A stretch of DNA of 62,616 nt, filler included, from Dugesia japonica (lineage: Eukaryota): assembly GCA_001938525.1 (NCBI GenBank). It is 5 parts of 5 records of this genome, joined end to end, with 100 filler letters (N's around TTAATTAATTAA, not from the genome) between each part and the next. Parts side by side here need not be neighbours in the genome. Positions count along the whole stretch, not along the records: positions 16,873 to 26,736 come from MQRL01620037.1; positions 26,837 to 42,769 come from MQRL01613276.1; 3 more parts are not named here. The stretch is one strand, 5' to 3'. Positions 25,452 through 39,470 of the stretch are shown piece by piece. Positions within the stretch are counted from its first letter, which is position 1. Each line of letters begins with the position of its first letter. The translations under genes and the position numbers were made by a program. The notes under the pieces were generated by a model, which was not told the origin of the DNA, made no database searches, and worked only from the letters and a program-made list of their open reading frames with translations.

Positions 25452-25686
25452 ATTACAATTACAATTATTACGAGAAAACTTGTTAGACATAACCATTGTT
25501 TTACATCGTTTTACAGAATTCATTTAAAATAAAAGCTTAGATCAAAATTTGTTTTTTTTTGGATTTTGAAAATAAAAACAAATTTCGAATAAGTCAATTC
25601 CTAAAGAAGACTAATTCGAATTATAGAATTATTTTTAAAATCCAAATAAAAACAAATTTCGATCTAAGCTTTTATTTTAAATAAAT
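25452..25686 (-). mobile_element. Second copy of the 19280 palindromic hammerhead family, inverted and degraded
   Basis: Same arms (attcatttaa.ataaaagctt.gatcaaaa) and the same ~60-bp tail in reverse orientation; core decayed to caattcctaaagaagactaattcgaa. Confidence 0.7.
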
Positions 25687-26127
25687 AATCCGTAGATTAT
25701 AATTTTTATTCACAAAATTTTATAAGAAATGAATACGATATTATTATATTAAAACTAGTAAACAGAAAACATGAGCTCAACAACACATTTGGTTAATAGT
25801 TGTAATTATTAATGCATTTTCCCCAGACTATATTACCCATTTGAACAAAACTAATGACATTTACGAAACTGAATAGAAAAAGAGAAAATTACCATTTTGA
25901 TTGACTGATCACTTAGAATGTCGTGCCGGGTATTATGAAATTTTATTATCTACTATCGTCAGAAATAAACTTTTTATAACCGGTCATTTTTTAAACAATA
26001 AAAAATTTCAATTCCCAGTTAAAATAACCTAAAGAAAATTTAGAGTATTAGAGATTTCAATATTGAAAAGATTTGAAATTTTTAAAATTAATTAAAATTT
26101 TTGTAGATTATAATATCAACAAATACT

Positions 26128-26132
26128 AATAA

Positions 26133-26195
<63 letters not shown>

Positions 26196-26245
26196 NNNNN
26201 NNNNNNNNNNNNNNNNNNNNNNNNNNNNNNNNNNNNNNNNNNNNN

Positions 26246-26306
<61 letters not shown>
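26128..26306 (+). repeat. (TAA)n microsatellite
   Basis: Direct observation, with internal gap. Confidence 0.95.
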
Positions 26307-26307
<1 letters not shown>

Positions 26308-26736
26308 TGTTAGAAGTCTATTATAATTACCATAATATTATTAATGAAAATCCAAAAAAGGAGGAATAAAAATATATGCGATTATGATTTCAGCAATCAA
26401 CATACTTCAACCAGCAAACAAACATTGACCTTTAGTGCAACATGCTATACATTTGAATTCATAGTCAAATATTATTTATGCAAGATATAATTTTAATAAT
26501 TACTTATAATAAATATAAAATATCCTCACACCGCTCTTTTTATAAGCTCTTTACCACTCTACATTTCTGATAACTATTTTAACATTTTCAAATTAAATTT
26601 ATTAACTGCTATTATGTCACTTCTTAATTATTATTTCTGGGTATTCATACCTAACTTTATCTTTATTAGCAGCTATATATTTTACCAAAACTTAAAACTT
26701 CTCCAATTTTAAAATGTAATTTTGTAATTCCATACA

Positions 26737-26836
26737 NNNNNNNNNNNNNNNNNNNNNNNNNNNNNNNNNNNNNNNNNNNNTTAATTAATTAANNNNNNNN
26801 NNNNNNNNNNNNNNNNNNNNNNNNNNNNNNNNNNNN
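26737..26836. other. Artificial scaffold spacer
   Basis: N44-TTAATTAATTAA-N44. Confidence 0.95.
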
Positions 26837-29140
26837 TGTCGTCTGAAAATTATCCGACGAGTTCGTCTATCCACTACCCTCTCCCATATAGATTCCATTT
26901 CTAAGAAGAGGAAAACAAACAATCAAACTTAAATACAACAGCAATAAGATATAAAAAATAATTTATAAATGGTCATCACAAAAATTTATACAGATTCCAC
27001 TTTATCGTAAGGAAATTAGCAAAACAAAAATCACTCCTCATTCAAGTCTACTCCACCTTCCAAAGGGAACATCTCCGCGAGACAACCAAGGTCTGTCTCG
27101 TCTGGGTGCTCGATTTATCCTCTGGTCAGTATGTGAGCTATCAACTGTTTTGACTGGCTAATTTGACACTGCTTTTTAATCCAAAGTAGTGTACGATACA
27201 ATTCTGCTGGCATGAGCTAAAGAATGGAACCATTAACCGCAGTATTTGACTCATGACTTAGCTCCCCAAAACAACTAGTTGTCACTGACTGTTATTATTA
27301 ATATGAGAATTATACCAATGAAAAGGTAATAATTAAGGGGATGTCATTAATTATGATCATAATAACCTCGTTAGGAAAAATATAATAATAGTCTTAACAC
27401 TATCAATAGTAATAATAATAAGTGTCACTATAATAATAAGCAACGGGAACAAAAACTATTTTATCAACAATAATAATTATAGGAGTACCCATTATAATGC
27501 GCGAAAGCATAATAATATCATTGACGTCAGACATGATAATAATAACAACAATCATAACTCTAAATAATAATCACTCGAATAATATTACATATAATAGTAA
27601 TATTACATGTATAATAGTAAAACTCCTGATAATTTTAATGGGGTGATACTGATTATGATAAATAGCTAATATTAATACTAACGGCGAAAATTAATAGGAT
27701 GATTGTCACCCTCACCGTTATAATAATAATACCATTAATAATGGTAGTAATAATGAGGGTAATAATAATAAGAAAATTTCTATTAATAATAATAATCATA
27801 CTAATCATAACCAAATTAAAAAATTTATTTTCAAATTTCTGCGCGTTGCAGTTGCTTAGTGATTTTCCCAAACTGTTACCTACAATTCTAATAATATAGC
27901 GGTATTAATTGTCGACATTCAGCCGGAATCATCAGTTTTATTCGCAGAACCTTAGTCACAACAAACAAATATAGATAAAAACTATACAAACTAAGAATTC
28001 AATAAAATTATAACGTGTGTAGTTATATCCAGGTCAAACTTCAATGTTCACTCGTAACAAAGCATTGTATCTGTCAGCAGGTCAAAAAATGAAATCATCA
28101 CGACATGAACTAATATGACTTTTCCTAACAATGATTAAAATGCCATTTATGTGACCACTATCAAAAAGTACTATCAAAAAGCACTATCTACCCGGTGCCT
28201 GTTGTTTGTTTTGCTCGTCTAACCCCAACTGCCATATGTGTGTCTAATTAAATTCAGTAAATCGACGTGTCCTCTAGTTTGCATAACTATGATTCAATGC
28301 GAGTATTTTATTTTAAAATATATATAAATCCATATAATGATAAAAGATTTTATTGCAATAGTATAATTAACACTTCATATTGCAATGGAAATTATTTATA
28401 AAAAATTTAATTTATAAAAAGCTTCAAGTAAAATATACTTTTAAACAAATACATAATACAATACAAGATTTTTATATTTTCTATACAAATCATGTAACTA
28501 GTCTTCTTATAAGAAAAAATGTTCATCAAACCATTCCTCAATTCTTAGAAATATATTCACAACAGAAGTACAAATGAAGAGAGCAACATATCATTTTAAA
28601 CATTGCATTTTTAAAATCAAGTATCATATTATTAAAAACATTATATTTTCAAGAAGGAATTGAACCTTTTATTTATTATTTAGAGAATAATAGAACACAA
28701 TTAATTGATATTGAAGAATTAAAGAAAAGAATTAGATTTACTGATGAATAACTTAATTGTTTGCATAAACCGGCTTCATTTCAAACACAATTAACAAATA
28801 ATTCTAATTTAATTACTAATAATCAATCTTTAAATAAAAATGATTATTCAACAGCAATATTTAGTCAAGTTTTAAATGAACAATCTTATTTTTCTAATAA
28901 CTCATATCCGAGTCTTAATAACTCGTATATTTTTTATGCTTTGAAAAAAACCGACTCCAAGCAACTCTAAACAGACTCCGAGTTTCTATAACAGCAGACA
29001 GACTCAGACAGTCAGTCAGACTCAAACTCCAAGTTTCACTAAAAGAGGAATCTATAAATATCTTAATAAATTTCATTATTAATTATAAAGATGATGAAAA
29101 AGTAATGAATATATTTTCAAAGTATAAAGATAATCAATAA

Positions 29141-32100
29141 AGTGGTTTTGAAGCGAGTTAAAATTTTTGTGCTTTGATTGGGAATTATTTTTTTAAAAAT
29201 CTCTTATTTGATAATTGGAAGTCACAAATTAATCAAGAAATTAAAATAAATTAAATTAAGTTTAGGTACGAAAATTATGTGTAATCAAAGATTTATTCAA
29301 ATATTTTTTATACAAAAATATTTAAAGTTTCAAAATTTTTTAAATTAAATATTTTAGTAGCGAATGATGTTTTGTTTAAAAATTTTAAAAATTAAATATT
29401 TAAGTAGCGAGTGATGTTTTGGTTTATAATTTTGTGAAAGTTTTTAAATGAAATTTTGATAACAGATAATTATTTTCTTAAATTTTCGAAGTAATTTAAA
29501 TAAAGTTTTAATTTAAAATTTTAAATTTATTAGAAAATAATTCCAAATTGAAGCCTAGGTTTTAATTTGTTTGATTAAACAAATAATTATGTTATTAGTT
29601 TTTATTTGAAATAAATTTTATGAAGTTGAATATTGATGTTGATAATCTGAGTTCTCAAAACACATCTAACATGGTGGCAGCGGTAAACACCGATGCAATC
29701 ACAGACAGATTGTTGCCAAAAATATTTTGCAGAGGCGATGATCTAGAAATGTTTATCAAACGGTGTGAAATATTCTTTGCGGCAAAGAACATCGTTGTTA
29801 ACAAAGATCAGGAACTTTGGGTAACATGTATGCTTCATGAATATTTAATGGAAGCACATGTGAAGACATTGAAGAAAGTTAATGTATATCGAGATAGATT
29901 GCGATTAGCTTTTGAGAGCAAGAGATATGTAATAAAAGATTTTCAGAATCTTGTAAGCTATCGTGGTTGCGTTCTTTCAAACGGTGGAAGATTTGGTCGA
30001 TAAATTTTTAGCAAACGAGGAGCTTACGAAAGAAAATTCTTGTCAAAAATTCTAATAATTTGTGCAGATAATAAAAAGGCAGAAGAGGAAATAATCTTGC
30101 GAAAACACTATCATTAGTGGAAAAAATCGAAAAAAGAGAACCTATTAATGTAGTAAAGAGTTACGCGGGTGTAACACGCTGAGAAAGTTCTAGAGAGAGA
30201 AAACAAAATATTGATAGAGTTAAGAAAACAACTGAACTACAGTGGACATATAAAGAAGAGAGTGTCCAAAAAATTCTCATGTAGAATGTTGGACTTGTCA
30301 CAAAAAAGGGCATTTAAGTAGAAATTTTCCAGACAAAAAACCACCAAAATGTTTTGGGTGTGGTAAAATTGATCATATCAGAAGAATGCCACAGAAATTG
30401 TTTGCGCTAGATGTAAAAGACCAGGTCACAGAGTGGAAGAATGTTATTAGAACATTAATAAACCTAGGCTGAGAAATGAGATGCGACGAGTAAAAGTAAA
30501 AGTAAAGGTTTACAGATTCCTGAAAAGAGAAAGTTTCAATAATGAGGAAGCTAACAAAACAGAAGTGATAGGAACAATTGAAGAGAAACAGAATTTAGAA
30601 ATTTCGTATGATAAAATGCAAGGGAGACCGAGCATTTCAGTGACGATCAAGGGTGAACAGTTTATTGTTTGTTAGATACAGGAGCAAGAAAAATGTGATG
30701 AGCATGAAAGGATTTAATAGACTCGGAGAAACAATGTTAAGAAATGCGAATAACGGTCGCATTGTGCGAATAACAGCTCAATTGAAAAGATAAGTGTTGA
30801 AGTTGTAGTTTCAGAGGTGTGCAAGGAAATAACATTTATAATAGTAGAGAAATTAATACCAGATCTGATTGATGGAGTGGAATTTCAAAATACTTTTGGG
30901 TATCATCTTCAAAAAAAGTGCAAGGTAGACGTCAGTCATCATCGAGGCAAATTTGATTGCAACATCGATGCAAAATTTGGAAGGCAGGTACAGACGGGTG
31001 AACGATTTAGACATGCAATAGAGATTCAAGAAATTAACAAAGATCATAGATTGACAGCGATTATTCAGAATAACGAGGATGTATTTATGGCGGATAAATG
31101 GGACATTGGATGTACACACTTAACGAAGAATCGAATAATCACTAAAGAAGGTCCAATCAACATAAAACTTTATCGTCAACCAATGAATCTAGAAGAGAAG
31201 ATTGAAGAGGCCATCAAGAATTTGTATGATAACTGTATCATCCGGAAGTGTCATTCGCAATGAAATACATCATTAATCTGCATTGAAAGAAGGAAAAAAG
31301 GATATACCATTATGCTTAGACTTTAGACAGCTCAATGCAATAACAGAAAGACAAGCTTTGCCTATGCCAAATGTGGACAAAATGCTGGATGCCTTAGAAG
31401 GTACGCAGTTTTTTACCTCAATAGACTTGAAAAATGTATACTATCAAGTGGAACGCAGTGGAGATTCTAAAGAAAAGATGGCTTTTTCGATCAAACAAGG
31501 GAAATTTCGTTTCAATAGAAAGCCTTTTGGAATAACAGGAGCACCAGGTACCTTCCTGGAAATGATAAATAAAGTGATCGCAAAATTAAAAGGAACAATG
31601 GTTTATCTAGATGATATTCTCATATTTACCGAAACAAAGCAGCAACACTATGAAATATTCGATAAAGTATTGACAGAAATTAAGAATGCTGGTCTAAGAG
31701 TTAATCCGGAGAAATATCAATTCATACGAAAGAAGATAAAATTTTTGGGATACATTATCAGTAAAGAAGATGTCAAAGCAGGTTCAACTAAAATAGAAGG
31801 AATTAAGAACTTTGGTAAACCAAAATGTGTTAAGAAGATAAGAATCGTTTTGTGAATTTGCAATTACTATCGCAAGTTTATTAAAAATTATTCGAAAAAA
31901 GCTAAATTGCTGGAACAACTGTGTAGTGGGCCGAGTAACAAGAAAATTGTATGTGAAAACGAATTAGAAAAAGTTTTTAATGGAATGAAAGAACCATTAA
32001 TGATGTCTCCAATATTATGTTTTCCAGAAAGAAATAGAGGATTTATTTTGGACACGAATGCGAGTTTTGATATGATTGGGGCAGTACTATCTCAAAAGGA

Positions 32101-32712
32101 CAACAATGGGCAAGAAAGAGTAATTGCATATGGGTCAGACGCAATGATGAGTCATGAGAAAGGATATTGTACTACGCGGAAAGAATTACTTGCAATTTAC
32201 TACTTTTGTATTCATTTCAAACATTATTTATATGGGAAGAGATTTATCCTCAGAACATATCATAAAGCTATCACTTTTATGCTAATCACATCACAGTTTC
32301 AAACTTGGATTAATTATTTGAGCAGCATAGATATAAAACTGGAATATAGATAAGGATCGCTTCATACAAATGCGGATATGTTGTCAAGGAAGGTTCATGA
32401 CAGATGTTACATCCTGGAAGATACAAACGTAAATTGGCTTGAAAAAAACGTAGAGAAGATCAAAAAAATACTCAAAAGAGGGGATGGGAGTGGTTTTGAA
32501 GCGAGTTGAAATTTTTGTGTTTTGATTGGGAATTATTTTTTTAAAAATCTCTTATTTGATAATTGGAAGTCACAAAATAATCAAGAAATTAAAATAAATT
32601 AAATTAAGTTTATGTACGAAAATTATGTGTAGTTAAAGATTAATTTAAATATTTTTTATAGTTTCAAAATTTTAAAAATTAAATATTTTATTAGCGAATG
32701 ATGTTTTAAACA
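29141..32712 (+). mobile_element. Ty3/Gypsy LTR retrotransposon (gag-PR-RT-RNaseH), integrase core deleted, 3' LTR truncated
   Basis: 5' LTR ~29141-29671 ending CA; direct copy from 32489; PPT aaaagagggga; three gag CCHC knuckles; LDTGA protease; LCLDFRQLN and YLDD; FILDTNAS RNase H. Confidence 0.92.
29672..29684 (+). promoter_or_regulatory. Primer-binding site complementary to the tRNA-Leu 3' end
   Basis: TGGTGGCAGCGGT immediately after the LTR terminal CA. Confidence 0.8.
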
Positions 32713-32796
32713 AATATTTTGAAAAACAAATTTCGATAAGTAAAATTTATTTTCAATTGCAAAGATCAAAACGATGTTTTCTTATTTTCATAGAGG

Positions 32797-32829
32797 GTTC
32801 AATATTTCAGCTATGCCTTTTTCAGGAAC
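32797..32829 (-). ncRNA. Degenerate minimal hammerhead motif
   Basis: GTTC-CTGAAAA-A-GGC(ata)GCT-GAAA-TA-TT^GAAC; core G8 mutated to A. Confidence 0.5.
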
Positions 32830-33199
32830 TATTAATCCTCTAATTATTGGTCCCTTAGTAGACGAAGCATATTGTTTTAAACTTCTAGTTTAATTACCTG
32901 AAGTTGATTTACATAATTTTAATAAATTTAAATATTTTTAAACTTCATCCTTATTATTCGAGTTTTACCTAGAATTAAATTTTCAAAATCATGTGTAAAA
33001 AACAATTTCCAAGTTATATGTTTTAGAATATAAATATACCATTCCATTTCATTTATAAGGCATAAAGGAATATTCATTAATAGTCATAATTCTATATTCT
33101 AACACTTACTTGGAGTTCATACCCGTGTACCTTTAATTCAGTTCACAGTTCCCTTTAACTCATAAAAACAAAGACAACTAAAAAATTATAAACATTTAT

Positions 33200-34010
33200 T
33201 TGCAACTAATCAAAGGCTCCTGGATCGAGCCATTTAACAGGCGCGTCGTCCGTAAAGTCGAACGCAGCCTCGTCGTCTTCACTGTTTCACCTAGTCTATG
33301 TTTCTAGTTCTAGGTGGGTGGACAGGTCAGTGATTTATTGCCTTAGAAAATTTATTTTATTAGTGAGAAGATGCTTCGTTCTGCTCGCTAGTATGTCTTG
33401 TTTATTGTTCACAATCTCAAGCTTCTTTATAAATCGGTTTCGTTGCGTTAGATGACGAATTAATAAACGTTCATACCTTTTGACGTTCTACTAAAAATTT
33501 TTAAATGAGCTTATGGCACCGACGTAGACTAGTAGAAAGTCTTATCCTTGGCTCTAAAACAGAAATTTTAGTTTTATTCAACAATAATAGATACATCATA
33601 AGGAAAACAAATTCAGCAATTCAAGAAAGATTTAAGAGTAAAACATTATTTATACAAATTTTTTAATTCACATCATAGAGAGTACAACATCAGCTTCCGG
33701 AACGAGGAGTTTGTGTTGCTTTATTAACCATCAAGGGTTCTAATGGGATACGTTTTCGAAACGCTAACAGATCAGATGTCAGTTTATTTTCACGGTCATG
33801 GAGGGACTGGATTATGTCGACAAATGATTCGAGCTGGCGTTTTTAAATACGCTATTGCTCGTGGGAGGCTTCTGCTTCAGATTTGTATTTCCTACATCTA
33901 CGCTTATACCGACTGACTTTGGCATTCTCGGTTGAGACGTGGACCTCCCAATTTCGTTTGGCCAGGCAGTAAAAGTCCCAGGACAAGCCAATGTCTTCGT
34001 AATTCTCCCT
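33200..34010 (-). pseudogene. Unidentified two-ORF cassette, copy 1 (degenerate)
   Basis: SWDFYCLAKRNWEVHVSTENAKVSRYKRRC...PLEPLMVNK and PRIRLSTSLRRCHK...AFDF...WLDPGAFD align with 53680-54460. Confidence 0.7.
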
Positions 34011-37000
34011 CAATTTATTATGAAGGACAACGGATCGAGAACAAAATGTAGACAGTGAACGATTAATTGATTAAGTCAACAGAATATTTTATTATAAACT
34101 AAATAATGATAGAAGAATTAAAACGAACATTGACAAGATCTAAAATACTCAACAATTTAATTAAACCACCAATTTATTATAAACAGTAAATCAAATAGTC
34201 AAAGTTCAAGGAGAAGATGTCCCTGGATAAACAAGGTAATCCTCTAAGTCTATCTCGGTGAGAGGATAGGGCGCAGAGGGAGCTCTTTCGTGAGGCTAGT
34301 TACTATGTAACCAAAGCTAAGATTCATCACGACCCCGCTGATAGTCAGCTTCTAAAGGATCAAAATTTGATCGATCCGTTAGAATGCCCACTAAGGGATT
34401 ATAAGAATTGGTCACTCTTTTAAATACGAGGCGACTCACCAGAAAGCTTACCTCAATGATTTCTGTAGTCCATATATGCTGAGTCACTAAATAAGGATAA
34501 ACGTAAAATGAAAACAGAATCTAAAGCAAGCAGGTAAACACAACAATTAAAATGTAGCCTTAACAATAATAATGAACACTGATTTTATTAGTAAATATTA
34601 ATAAGTTGAAATGATTCCGAATTAAGAGTTATGATCTATGTTAACTTAAAATTATATGGGAAACATTTCCTGGAAACAGCTTAAATCTGTTTCGTCAGAG
34701 TGCTCCACCAGCTCTGGAAATAGACGATGAGCTATTAACTGTTTCAAATGTGCGACTTCCCGTTTTATCCGAATTAGGCACAGTGTACGTCACAACTCGG
34801 AAGGCATATTTCTAAATAGAAATTTGGGATAAGAATCAGTTGTATATAATGCATTGGGCCCATAACTCTCATAGAATGCTAATGACCATAATACTAGTTA
34901 GTTTTAACGAACCTGATAACCTCGATAGGTTGATGGAATAGCAAGAAAATTTATGTCGGATATGTTACTATTTAACATCATTTAAAAGTGATCATATTAA
35001 TAGTTCAGTTTGGCTTGGTGATATCTATATGATTCGTGACTTTTATAACCTTGATAGTAACCTCCTAAAATTTGCCTCTAGTTTGTGGGATTAGTCAATA
35101 TTAGTGATATTGAAAGATTAGCAATGCCTATAGAAGCAGCCACCATAGTGGTAGTCTCAACTATATGAACAGGACGTTTGAGCTTGGCGAATACAAATCA
35201 TCAGATATTTTGACGAATTAAAAATGCGTAAGGTAGCCGATTCAACTGTTCGTTTCAGTGATAGCATTCAACAGATAAGACTAGGCTAGCTAAAGGATAT
35301 GCTTAATTCGTAAGGGAGATCCACACTACCAATGAGGATGGTTAGGGTTAACATTAGATACCTCCCAAATTTAATACTGGTAAAATTACCCTTTAAAGTA
35401 GTAGTTTAATAGCCATGATAAAAATGATCATATCTGTAGAAACATTAGCAATAATTTTCAAAAAGTAATGAAAATATTGACATTAATAATAATGATAATA
35501 CTTATGATAATACCATGCATAGTAGTAAAGAATATAATGATATTTACAAAAAAATAGTGATAAGCGTTATCACTAATAATTGGTCATGATAATTGAAATA
35601 TAAAGTCGTAGGTTATCATGAGTCATGAAGTTTGCTAGTCATCTTGATAACCTAATTCATCGTAATTCTATTCACGACAATGACCTCATTGCCGAGAGAA
35701 ATTTAAATACCAATAGCTATCATGCTCATACCCATAAATTAGTAACAGTTTTACACATCTGCATTGGTCTTGCTCAGAATAAATCCAACACTAAGACTAA
35801 TGGCATAAACATTCTCGAGTTGAGTTATATACAGCGCGTGTTTAGTTAGTGGCATGATTCGAGTGTTTTGAAAGCTAGGATAACGCGGCTAATAGACAAT
35901 AACAACCAAGATCAGATATTGACATCAACGGCACTGTACATCTGCCATATTAATGGACTTTTCAAAAAAGCATGCGAATATAAAAAATTATCTGTCATTG
36001 GTAATTCACACGTATCGTAATTTTCTCCTGAAACACAAGGGATCAAAATTGTGGAAATTTAGTCTCATGTGTTCACCAAGTAATATATACGACGGATAAA
36101 TTTCTGATTCAGTTTTCTTATAACTGAAATTGATTAACCTGTTGATTTATACAGGATTTTTCTCCTATTCGTACAAAGAAGAAATTGATGTCTATTAACT
36201 GCTTTCTGATGGTTCTAGAGTTGGAAGCAAATTTCCTATCTTATCTGCAAATATTTTAATTTTTTATAGAAAACGAGTCACTTTAAACACCAAAACCAAA
36301 ATTCTAATCGGAGAATATTTATTGTTAATTATAATAAACAACCATAATAAAAATTAATAACACATGCTCACTCGTAATGGAAATAACTGCAACGAGGATA
36401 ATAATTGAACCAATGTAAGTATTTTCCTTTCGTGAATAACAGCAATAATTCTTCAAAATGATTACTCAAAATTTATTAGAGTTTTTTTTTGCTTAAATTT
36501 TCGGGAGGGGGTTTATATACCATTTAGACAACTCGGCTTTCCCCTTATTAGTTGCTATTTTTGTTTCTGCTATTTTTGTGCTTCGATTGGTGCCTTCTCT
36601 AAAATTCCTAAATTTTCTAAGATTTTCTTTGTTTTTGTACGCCTTGTGATTTCGATTCCTTTGTTTTTTGTTTATTCTGTGGCCTCGCATTGATCCAATC
36701 TTTATACCATTTCCTCAACACTTTCTGAAGGTATTTTTATCTTTTACTATCCACCATTAAATTTTTCTCGTCAAGGGCTTTCTGGTATTTCTTGTCCCGA
36801 TGTTTTTGGACCATCTGATGCAATGTTTTCCGTCTTTTTCCGATTTCCGACGTAATTAAATTATTTTTCTTGTAATAATTAATTAATTTTTCTTTCTTAA
36901 TTTCTGGTTTTATTTTTGATAATAATTTAATTTATTTGAATACTCTGGTAACTTCTTCTTAATTAAGGCTAGTTTGGTGTTATTTTTACCATTACCATTT

Positions 37001-37769
37001 ATTAGTTTTCTGATATTTTTTCTATTTTTTCGATCTTCTTGTAATTCTTTAAATAATTAATCCATCATAGATTTTTCCAAAATTGAGATCATTATTGATC
37101 TATCCTTATTTGAGATTTCACCAATTTAATTATTATTTCAGGCCCTTAAACTGTTTCTTTTTTCATGACCGAGCTTCACCCCAACAAATTGCTCCTCTTC
37201 TTGTTGAAATTCCGTCCCGGAATTTATAATTGTTCATCCCCGTTGCAGAATCCCCTAGTTAGACACATAGAATGCAGATCAAGAATGTAATTAAAAGTCA
37301 TTTAACATAACATATACATACATAAATAGTTAATACGATATACATCAATACAATATGAATAATGTTATGATTTCAATTATGTCTTCGAATGTTCCGTTTA
37401 TAGTTCATAATTACAATTTATTTACAACAAATCTTCCCTTTTTTAATCAATCTCTTCCTCACAAATTTCGGTTGGGATGGTAGAATTATACTTTGTTAGG
37501 ATTTTTGTAATGATGGATTAAGATAAATTGATGGCAGGTGACTATTTTGACTGGAATTGTGTACTGACTGATGGTGTGGTTAGATTCCAACATTGGGCGG
37601 TTGGGTTGAGAGTGGATTTCGGTGAATCTAGAAATACTAGTGATGAGTATGGTGTTCTTACTGGAGTGGTTGATTTGTGGTTTGAGTGTACTAGAGTCGG
37701 CGTTGGTTGCCAACAGAATCTATTAATTCTTTTAATTCAGTTTCAGTTATATAAAATTTTTTTAAAATA

Positions 37770-38563
37770 ATGCGTAGTGATTTACCAATTTGGAATAAAA
37801 ATAAAACATTTTTTAATAATAAAATTTTACTGAATAATTTTAGATTATTAATTATAGGATCTTCCGGCTGTGGAAAGAATGTATTATTAATAAAGATGTT
37901 ATGGATTATAATAATTTCATATTTTATTCTACAACTATAAATCATTGAATTACAAATATTAAAAAAATGTTTAGAGAATAATTTAACTAAGAAAGTTATG
38001 TTAAATATATTTAATATTCAAGATAAAATACCAGACGAAATAAATACTGCATATAGTATTGTTGAATGGTATAAAGAAAATATTAATAATTCTGATATGA
38101 AAACATTTAATAAAGATGAATATATAAACGAGTAAAATAAAATTGACGTTACATTTTCTAATAAACTTGAAGATATTATTTATTGTGATAATCTTCCTAA
38201 AAAAAGAATTTAGTTATATTTAATGATGTAGTAAATATGAAAAATCAAGATATTCAGAAATCTTATGTTACTAGAGGAAGACATAATAATTGTAATGTTA
38301 TTTATATCTCTGAAACTTATTATACTTTAGATAAAAACTCGATTAGAAATAACTCTAATTGTTTTATATTTTTCAAGTTAAATAAAAGAGATAAAGATTC
38401 GGTTTATCAAGATTTAATTAGTAAAATAAAGCCAGATAAAATGTCGTTTGATAATTTTATTAGAAATATCTGGAAAGAAAAATATAATTATATTTATTTA
38501 GACAGAGAAAAAGGAGAGATTATTGAGGATTTGTTTGAGTCTTTATCACTAGCACAGCGCTAA
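37770..38563 (+). pseudogene. Polinton/adintovirus A32-like packaging ATPase
   Basis: Walker A IIGSSGCGK (~37855), Walker B-like VIFNDV, TRGRHNNCNVIYISE and SIRNNSN; frameshifted. Confidence 0.85.
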
Positions 38564-38574
38564 AAAGATGGTTT

Positions 38575-39470
38575 TAGTAATTTATTATCATAAAATCTTC
38601 CTAATATATCTTCATTATTTAAATCAGTTATTCCATATGTAATTGGTTTAGTGTGATAAATTTTAGTTATTATAAATATTTCATTAGTAAATTTTGTTGT
38701 GTATCCTTTTTCAAATTTATTTTTATATTTGAATATTTTAACTCTATCACCTATTTGAAACTTTTGTTTAATTTCAAGATCATTGTTTTCATTGTGGCTA
38801 TTAATTATATCTTTTATTTTCTTAGTATTTTCTGATACTTCTTTTGGTGATAGCTTAATACTTGAATGAATTGAATTATTATATTCATTAACTATTTTAT
38901 CAAATAATGCTTTATTCTAATCCTGTTTCACAATTGATGTAAAATATTTAAACATTTTATTTTTCAAAGTTTTTATTAATCTTTCAGCAAAAACTGATTA
39001 ACCTTCATTCTCTATGTGAAATAATTTAATATTATTTTCATTTAGAAATTTATCAAAGTATTTTGATTTTATTGGTGATTCTTTATCAAACCAAATATAA
39101 TGAGGTATTCTATTATTTGCTTCAAATATATTTCATAAGCTTCTCTTAAAGATTCTTGACTTTTATTTATGATAGGAATACAAAAAGCATATCTTGTATA
39201 TAGATCAATACAAACTAGAATATATCTNNNNNNNNNNNNNNNNNNNNNNNNNNNNNNNNNNNNNNNNNNNNNNNNNNCAAAAAGCATATCTTGTATATAG
39301 ATCAATACAAACTAGAATATATCTATACTTTTCTTCATCAGTAAATTTTTAAACCATATCTGTAATATCACATCCCCATGTTTGATCTTTATTATGTATT
39401 TGTACTTTTAAATAAATTTTAGTTTTTCTATATTCATGATGTAATTCAGCTGCATTATTATTATTGGTCG
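38575..39470 (-). pseudogene. Polinton retroviral-like integrase
   Basis: AAELHH, RYILVCIDLYTRYAF, IWFDKE, AERLIKTLK, YNNSIHSSIKLSP, FEKGYT, GRFY; convergent with the ATPase. Confidence 0.85.

Noticed and set aside
27300-27900. Hydrophobic Ile-rich ORFs on both strands
   Set aside because: Explained by decayed ATA/TAA-rich low-complexity sequence; faint similarity of 27060-27270 to 35610-35800 is too weak to call.
28380-28970. Long semi-open frame resembling a host exon
   Set aside because: Multiple stops and no recognisable motif.
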